Of a stretch of 35,647 nt of DNA, positions 12,701-20,532 are shown one piece after another. The stretch covers positions 1 through 35,647 of the forward strand of contig LPNZ01011251.1 in NCBI GenBank assembly GCA_001655205.1, read 5' to 3'. A model generated the notes under the pieces. The model was not told the DNA's origin, made no database searches, and saw only the letters and a program-made list of their open reading frames with translations. A program made the position numbers and the translations under genes. The stretch comes from Lenisia limosa (lineage: Eukaryota > Protista > Breviatea). Within the stretch, counting starts at the first letter, position 1. Every line of letters begins with the position of its first letter.

Positions 12701-14708
12701 AGCATCAAAAGTTTATTGTTGATAAAACTGACCATTGTCATGATATTCAAAGATGGATACTACATTTGACTTTTCATGGTGATCACGTGTTTTGTTTTCG
12801 TAATCGTTCGGTGCAAAGCTGACGATCAGGTTCATTCCTAGTTATAAGGGTAACATTTAGAGAAAAGGTATAAAAGAAGCCAAAATAATGAAGTTGAACG
12901 CCTACCCTCAAGGTCAGCGTCTTGCACATAGTAGCCTTCAGCACCCAAGACAAGATCAACATCAATCTTGACGTGTTCTATAATGTTCATGGAGTTATAA
13001 TACACTCATATCATATTCAAAACCCCTGTCTGAAGAGTCACTCACCTGGTCTGGACTCTGAAGGTTCACTTTCACTACTTTCACTAGGTTCGGACTCAGA
13101 CGATTCTAAGACAATTATATTCAGAAACTAAACGACATCTCTTTCCTCTTTTTAATCAGAAAGCTTATTTTTTTGTATAACTATGTGCAACTATCAAGAG
13201 TACTGTTAACCAAGTACCTGACTCAGATGATTCGGAGGAAGAACAATCTTCGTTAAACGTCGGAATACACAAACCAAATTTGCACCTAAACATGTGACAA
13301 TGGATAAACGATGTACATTTAAAACCTCGATCTGCATACTTGAGCTCAATGCAGTCATCAAGGTCTTCTGGATGCTCACAATCATCATCTTTGTCACCTA
13401 TTGGATTATCATGAAATAATACATGAAAATTAATTGCTTACACAAGCCAATATCTGGACTACTCTCAGAGTTACAGTTTTCAATAAGAGTACGGATACAT
13501 ACTCCAAATGTGCACCTGAACATGTGAATTAGGTGACTCAATAAGATGCAATTATTGATAACCTCGATCTGCATACTTAAGCTCAATGCAGTCATCAAGG
13601 TCTTCTGGGCGCTCACAATCATTATCATTGTCACCTATTGGATATCATGAAATTACACGTGCAATTAAACAGTAAAACTTACATAAGCCAATATCTGGGC
13701 TAGAAGTGCAGTCTTCACTGACAGTAGGAATACAGAAACCAGAGAGACACCTTAATCATGTAAACACAGTGTGTTGCTCTCAAAACCAGGCTTAAGCTTA
13801 GATATAGAACATACTGTACTGTAACGCAGTTGTTTCCTGGATCGGGACAGTCACTGTCTTCTTCACCTGCAATAATCAGATGCAAATCAACTTAGTATCA
13901 AAAATTGGATCAGTAATCAACGATCAACAGTCCACGATTGCTATATTCATAATCAATTCTACAAGACAATTATTGTCTCACAAATATCAAATTCGGGAAC
14001 TGAAGGTTCAGCGTCTGTGAAGCACTCAAGGTCAACGTCAGGGATACAGAAATTGTATTGGCAGCTACACCGTATAACAGAAAGATATGAATCGCTGTCA
14101 CAAATTACAATTAAGCCAACTTCTTTTGAATGCAGTCATGTACCGTGTCTGGACAGTCCTCGACACTGTCACCTATATTGGTGAGATTGATACCACAACT
14201 CTCCCATTTTTCAATAAACATCCAAATTTATAAATCTTCTCGTCCGTCTAACATTCTTCGAAAATTAAAGAAAGGCCTAAGTCTCGTAAACATTCATCAT
14301 CAACCTCTGGAAAACACGTTTCATCTTGACAGCTACATTATAGTTAACGGGAAAATGGATCTTTCCAGAAGAGTCTGGTATTAAGTAAATCAGTTTCCAA
14401 CCTGAAATGAAAGCAATCATGCTCAATTTCGGGACAATCTTCCTCCGACATACCTTTAGTGATGAGAGTAGAAAAAGAAACAACATAACAATGTCCACTT
14501 CAGTCCATTTCATTGACATCAACTTACACTTTACATGACGATCAATTATTTCCGAAACGTCAGGGATGCTCTCAGGAATTTCTATGGAGTCATATCAGCA
14601 GGATTTACTTTTGTTCAAACCAGAGGGGAAGAAGGCATGATCTTTTGGGAAGGCTCTCGAGGCCAACGTCATGACCAAAAGGAAAACCGCAAGTATGTGA
14701 AACTTCAT
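9756..14708 (-). CDS. Type-I membrane protein: signal peptide, five Cys-rich modules, Ser/Glu/Pro linker, FG-GAP-like (integrin-alpha-type propeller) repeats, Ser/Glu repeat, Cys module, TM helix, short tail
   Basis: ATG 14708 MKFHILAVFLLVMTLASRAFP. FG-GAP-like blades: FGADVDF..ALISIPYTDDYEGKV, KFGLSID, ILGSSVDLWTNDNGAASAIMAAPGIRSVLI, DFGSSVSISEDVAVVGGDGFVHIL. TM VIAAFGTAGIGLGVLFGGIVLL then RNRRR and TAA at 9756-9758. The exon chain splices in frame with GT-AG. Confidence 0.75.
10548..10667 (-). repeat. Coding minisatellite, 4 x 30 bp (about EEESSVPESS per unit)
   Basis: Unit cttgactcaggaacagagctttcttcttc(g/a) repeated four times with few substitutions. Confidence 0.95.
13260..13700 (-). repeat. 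Tandem duplication (period about 237 bp) of a two-exon Cys-rich module including its introns
   Basis: acctcgatctgcatactt at 13324 and 13561. Exons DDDCEHPEDLDDCIELK and DNDCERPEDLDDCIELK. Intron sequence is also similar between copies. Confidence 0.9.
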
Positions 14709-15266
14709 CGTTGCTTCTCTTGTATTGGTATGGGAATGAAGCAGTGGAAGGGAGAGGAATTAGAGGAGGGTGTGCAAGAGCACTAAGCTTTGGTTTGAGG
14801 CTAACTTCACTAAAATATTAAATCACTAACACACGTTAAAAGCAAAAAGTTACATAGATGATAAGAATATAGAATCAGCGCAGGAGGAGAAAATGATTGA
14901 AATTAAGAGTAATCGACAACTTGCCTTTTTTGGTAATTGTAATCCGAAAACGTCCACTCCGTAGGAAGTATTTTATAACCATATAACTATACACCTCTTA
15001 GTCCCGCCGCGCAAACACATCCTACCTAGATGCGAAGCAACCTGATGAGATGAAATATGTAAGAAATATGTACATAAATACGGTGTGTTTATTTCATCTG
15101 CTTAGGGAAACTCTACAGTAAAGCACACCCATTGTGCTTTGTTGACATCCCTTCTTCTCAATATATTAGATATATTATATGAGTATACTACATTTCCTTT
15201 ACATTTCCAACGTTTGATCAAACCTTTGAAAAAAAAACAAAAAAAAATTACATTAAGGACTGTGAC

Positions 15267-17684
15267 TTAAAAAGAAATGTGATTCCATTTCTTGGTCAAA
15301 ACTGTGATAACAACCCATACAACAACATACAGAGCTGACTAACCAGAACACACTGCACAAACTTAACAGAATTAATAAAAAAAACATTCCACCATCATCA
15401 CATTTAGGTGAAGGACCCTAAAGTCATTAAAAACCATCAAATTGAAGGCGGACAGTCACCTCACTCACAAATAACGATAAATTCTCGATGTAGTCACAAG
15501 AGAATGGTGTACTGATGTTATGTGCATATCTGTTGGGGTTAGCACGCTGCCGGAACATGTTTTGATAATGACATTAAACAGAGCCTCACTTTGCTTCCTC
15601 TAGAGTTGGTTTTATCTCAGTCATTTCACACTTGCCGGGAGATGAGAGGCTATCGCTGGATTCTTCTTCAAAATCTAAAGGATCGTAAATGAGAATACCG
15701 TTGCTGTACAATATCAAAGGTTCGTAACACACCGAAGATTCTACTGTATTTGCATTTCCAAACCTCCAATACTATCGTAAGATGTGTATAAATCTATGCT
15801 GAATCGTGCCTCATATTCGAGCGGACATACCCCACTTCTGGATGATGAACCTATGCTGGTGAATGAAAAAGGGTCTTTTTCTGAATTAAAATATTATATA
15901 GTATCAATGTATAATACCATCTGATATAATACTGCACCATTGTAACATACATTGTTTGCGCCTCACATAAATCACTTCAGTAGCAACACACACACCATCG
16001 TCATGTTCAGATGCGAATAACGGAATGTGACTTCCCTTTGAGATTATGTTGATAAAAAAGCGTTTTTCAAAAACCTAACAATGATATTGTTGATAAGAAC
16101 TACATAATATGAATAGGATACGATAATACTAGTGCATACATTATGTATACACACCATTCACATATTAGATAATACGACATAATACACAACTATATACGCA
16201 CTTACTGTCGACCGATTTTTCTCAAGGGGGATCGGTCAAGACTTTCCACGGTCAGTGTATTGTATATCATAATGATACTGATATCATAATAAATGAATCA
16301 ATCCTCACCCCACTAACAAATAGGGATATGAAAAGAACGTTAAAAATGATGAGCGTTGCGCCCAAGCAAAAATGTCGGTATTTCCATATTTGCTTCAAGA
16401 GAACTATTTCAGTCAAAACCAAAAGAGTACATGCAATGTACGTACCTTTGAGACCAAATTCATGTGGTGGTTTATGGCTGTTTGCTTGGTCCTAAACAAA
16501 TCAAGGATCTGAGCCGATATAATTTCATTCTATTTTCAAGATCAAGAAATGAAGCCAGAAATTGTGTTTTTATCTAAAAGTCAGTTTGAATCATGTTTTC
16601 AAATGAAATTTTGCAAAAAAAAAACCCTCTGACCATCAAAATTGTCTCAAGATCTAATTGGAAGAGAACAAACAATCAAAATAAATTATAACTTACGCCT
16701 TGAGAGGTGGAGGGCTTTTGAGATAATGAAGCAACTTCTTCAACAGTTAATGGTGTTACTTGTACTGTGGCTTCTGTCTTTTCAAGTTGCACTTCCTAAA
16801 TGAATGTGTAACTGTTGTAACCTGAGTGCAGACAAAGAGTTCCATCTAATAGGGTTGACAAGAACCTGTAAACGTAGAATGCACTAGATGATATAATCTT
16901 ACGTTATTGAAAGTGATGATAAATTGTGACATAATATTATATGACATATATATGATATACACTATCGAATCTACTATGATTGCTTATTGTAAGTTCGAAA
17001 GCTAATAAGATCCAGGTTTGACTATTTCTTTTTCATTATCAGCAGATATAGACTACAGAAAGTCTTCCAATATTACCCTTGGACATACTGTCTGATCAAG
17101 TTTTGAGAGTTCCGACTCCTCTGGTTTAATCCCGTCCATACACGATGTTTGTGGAGCTACAGCATAAAGAAGCATGGCAATATAAAAACCCTTTGGAGAA
17201 AGACTTCATATTCAATGACTGAGAAAGAGGCAAGCAGGGGAAGAAGATGCCTCTTCTCATAGTATTTGGAGGAACGCTATCAGCGTATTTACTTCAAATA
17301 ATATTTGTAATATTTGCTTCCTCATTCTCACTAGGAACAGGAAATTGAAATATAGAACCAACACCCAACCGACAAGAATTATTTCACAATTTGATGTTGT
17401 TGACGGGCTTGGGCGTGTTGGTGGTGGCTGCTGTGCTGGGGCCTGGGGAGTGTTGGTGGGGTGGCTTGCTATGGCTTGGGGATTATTAAATTAACTTCTT
17501 TATACTTTTTTATTTATTGGTGCTATGATTATATATGTGCTCTTGCTCCTGTCTCCTTGGCTGTAACTCCTAACTCTCCTAACTCACCAGTAAAAACAAA
17601 ATGTTCTTCAAGGGGGGCAAACCGGAGGCAGATTACTTGTTCTCGTTTACCGGGAATACCCAAAACTTGTGCGGGTGCTGACAT
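15267..17684 (-). CDS. Hypothetical membrane protein (internal TM helix, Cys-containing C-terminal region), multi-exon; 5' half of the model uncertain
   Basis: Candidate ATG 17684 (MSAPAQVLGIPGKREQVICLRF). Exons EVQLEKTEATVQVTPLTVEEVASLS, then KYRHFCLGATLIIFNVLFISLFVSG (TM, about 16305-16400), GVCPLEYEARFSIDLYTSYD, CYEPLILYSNGILIYDPLDFEEESSD, STPFSCDYIENLSLFGPSPKCDDVCAVCSVLTKKWNHISF* (TAA 15267-15269). Splicing between 16800 and 17400 is unresolved, so this could be two genes. Confidence 0.5.
16204..16259. mobile_element. Degenerate remnant of the CAGT-type MITE also found at 34518-34595
   Basis: atcggtcaagactttccacggtcagtgta (16231-16259) closely resembles the right arm atcggtcaagacttatccatgtcactgta at 34569-34597. 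Residual left arm gaccgat at 16210. Lies in an inferred intron. Confidence 0.6.
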
Positions 17685-17833
17685 CTCAGGCTGACCTGAA
17701 AGCCAGAAGTGGCGGTGGCGGAAGCAGGCAGCAGCATAGCATGTAGCATAGCTTGGAACATAGCGCAGTAGTATAGTGTAGTGGTGTGTTGTATATATAT
17801 AGTGCTGCTATATAAGCAGACAGCCGAAGAGAA

Positions 17834-18202
17834 ATGAGGACGTTGTTTTTTGCTCTACTCTCGATTCTTTTTCTCTTTGGAGCCGGCCCAATAGCTGCAA
17901 AAAATGTAGATGATTTGACGTTGGAGCAGTTCTTCCATATAGTAGCCCAAAGAGTGGGTTGGTTTGTTGGTTTTTGTTCAAGGGCACCCACCTTCCCATA
18001 TTATAGGCTCTCTTTTTAAAAAATTAATTACCTCTTAATATTTTTTGAGAAGAATGAGAAGAACAGGCCCTAATTGCCCCGAAAACAACAAACCCCCGTT
18101 TCTGACCTCGGATGCAGTTGTGATTAATTACGACAGGGTGACTGGGAGTACTCCAAGCTCGAGCCTCTGGTTGCCAAGCTGCATTCAAATTGGTTCGATG
18201 AT
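17834..18202 (+). CDS. Partial paralog of the 5' end of the MACPF gene (signal peptide plus start of SAM-like domain), cut by a 10-N gap
   Basis: MRTLFFALLSILFLFGAGPIAAKNVDDLTLEQFFHIVAQR|GDWEYSKLEPLVAKLHSNWFDD, versus the copy at 20533-20909. The 66-nt exon-2 segment differs at one base. Intron 1 is also homologous. Confidence 0.8.
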
Positions 18203-18212
18203 NNNNNNNNNN

Positions 18213-19706
18213 GCATGGCTGGTGCCAAGTCCGTTACTATGCTGGAGGTGGGGGGTCTATAAGCTGAATTTGTAGCATCTTTAGTCTAATTAATCACAAT
18301 AACAACTCCTTTAGCTTGATGGTGCCGTGGTCGAAGGATGCCGTGAGCACTTGAGGGGAGTTTGCCACGACTCTCTTGACCAACTCAAGGGCGACAACTA
18401 TGAAGTATGCAAGTTGTGTATTGCCTTATGTAAATTGTTGCAAAGGGGTCTTTTTGTTTTGGTGAAAGACCCATTTTCAAAGGGGGCTGTTTCCCGTGCT
18501 ATTAGATGTGCTTATGTTTCATGATGATTATTCCCTTTCGGCCCCAACAAAGACCTAAGCTGATTGTACAAGTAGGGCTTCTTCAAAAACTATCGATATT
18601 TTACCGTGAAGCCCTATGTAGAAGTGAAGCCCTATGTATAAGTCGTTTCACTCGTGCCAAGTGGCTTTGGACAGACAGATCCTTTTATTTGTTCTATTTA
18701 GTTTTTCCATATAGTACATCCAAGATTGGTTCACTGTTTAAGCTGTATATGGAAAAACTAAATAGAACAAATAATACGATCTGTCTGTCCAAAGCCACTT
18801 GGCACGAGTGAAACGACTTATTTCTTGTTTCCATATATTGTCTACCACCTAACCCCTCAGGTTATTCTTGGCGACTGCTACCCTAGTTTGTTGAAGTACA
18901 TTGAGGAGGGAAGGCACTTTGACGTAATCGTCTATGACTTGACTCTTTTGCCCGTTGCTCCCTCTGAGGGTGGTGGTATGCCAGCCGCTCCGACTTCTGT
19001 GTGACTCTTATTCTGTTATACTATACTATGCTATGATCAATATTGTTGATTAACATGACAGTGATGGTGGAGGATAGTTTGCCAGATACATGCATATCAT
19101 ATTCCATTCTTTCTGTTTTTTTCGGGTATAAATATGTGAAGTCAGGGGACATGGCTTCCTCGGTATTCTTTCCTATTCTCTTTTTTCCATGTCATGTTTC
19201 ATCTCTTCAGATGCTGACGGATGGGAATTGTTCCAAAAGATCGTACCTGCTGCTATCAAGGTACGGCAGAGTGGGTGCTTTTTTTGTTATTTTTTTTATT
19301 ATTATTATTTTATTTTTTATATTTTTTTATCCTCACCATGAAGGTTGCAGGACCTAAGGGACATCTTCTTATGCAGGCTAATGGTTGGTGGTCCGCTAAC
19401 ATGCGTGAAATCAATGGGATAGAATATCATATTACAAGGTCACAGGGTATCGTTCGCAACTTTCGATGCTATTCTTTGAAATAAGTAATTCAACTCTTGA
19501 ACAATTATGGATCAACATAAGAGTTATTTATCATACCCTTATCAATACACACCATAATATACCCAGGCAAGAACAATCTGAAGCCTCTCGCTGGCCTTAA
19601 TAAGTTCCTTGACAACTACGAGATCCCCCTCAACGTCGTCAAAAACCCAGTCCTCATCCCATCCTACTACGAGAAGTGGATGTTCTACTACATTTCCCAG
19701 AAGTAG
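18213..19706 (+). CDS. SMS: Spermine synthase-like aminopropyltransferase, C-terminal half (5' half missing at the N gap)
   Basis: Exons 18213-18247, 18315-18404, 18861-18975, 19211-19260, 19344-~19383, 19567-19706 give AKSVTMLELDGAVVEGCREHLRGVCHDSLDQLKGDNYEVILGDCYPSLLKYIEEGRHFDVIVYDLTLLPV...WELFQKIV...VLIPSYYEKWMFY. This parallels metazoan spermine synthase as recalled from memory (VTMVEID..VIDGC..DCIPVLK..GREFDYVINDLT..VPSYLELWVFY). Stop TAG 19704-19706. Confidence 0.85.
18573..18634. mobile_element. Small TA-flanked inverted-repeat element (GGGCTTC...GAAGCCC ends) in the SMS intron
   Basis: tagggcttc at 18573 is inverted relative to gaagcccta at 18608 and 18626. gaagtgaagcccta (18621-18634) is the exact reverse complement of tagggcttcacttc at 34451-34464. 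Confidence 0.45.
18638..18821. mobile_element. 184-bp foldback (MITE-like) element in the long SMS intron
   Basis: ataagtcgtttcactcgtgccaagtggctttggacagacagatc and its exact reverse complement at the right end (44 bp). After 2 mismatches the arms extend another 29 bp (ttatttgttctatttagtttttccatata). Loop about 32 nt. No clear TSD. Confidence 0.85.
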
Positions 19707-20532
19707 AGGTGAGCCCCCTCTAATTGCTGCTAATAACTCTCTACTACCCCTAAGAACATTCTCTCACCGAAAGATGCCATCCTTCTGTTTCGATTGACCC
19801 TTGGTGACTGACTGACTTTTTAGTTCTGTGATGCAGAAAAGGTCTTTTCTGTTGTATAACTGTTTTGTGTTTTGTGTTGATGACAAATATGCCGTTTCAA
19901 AAAAAAAATACAGACAAGGGGGGGGGGGTGAATATATCCTGAATATCTTTAGCATTCGTGTAGCAAGGATGGCAGTGAGGCCCTTGGATAAACAGGGGAG
20001 CAGGGAAATTGGTCAGTGGTCTTTTAATATATCACACGTAGTCATGTTTCTCATTTCTACACATAGCCGGCCTCAAGGGCTGGTTGAGGGCTGGGGCCAA
20101 CGGGGCTCAAGGGACAACTTCCCGGTACGTACCGGGCATAATCCTCCGCTAAGCTCTTGGTCTTACTTTTGACCGAAATGGCGTGGAGTTTGCGCGAGGT
20201 GGCGTACCAGAGAAGGGACAACTAATCACAAACTGTTTGCAAACTTTTGGTGTCCACATTTTCTTCCGTGGCACCGACGCTGTGGGGTGGTGGCTGTGTT
20301 TTACTGAGTGGGGTGCTTTGTACTATGTGCTGCTGCGGCCGCGGGATCGGACGTTCAGAGGCCCACCCCGCGGGGTCATGGAAATTATATCGGTTAAAAC
20401 TGGTAACAATTTCCAAAATTTCCGGTTAAAACCAAAAAACCTGCCTTTGAAATAAGGTCCACAAGAGCAGCGCACATAACATAGCTAGCAGGTACGTGAA
20501 AGAATATGACCAACCCTCCTCGAATACGACAA

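Noticed and set aside
14860-15180. Possible small plus-strand gene (splice-like signals, MIEIKSNRQLAFF)
   Set aside because: All splice combinations tried end in stops within about 30 codons, with no recognisable product.
16135-16150. loxP-like GCATACATTAT
   Set aside because: Only a short core match, no 13-bp arms; expected by chance in AT-rich sequence.
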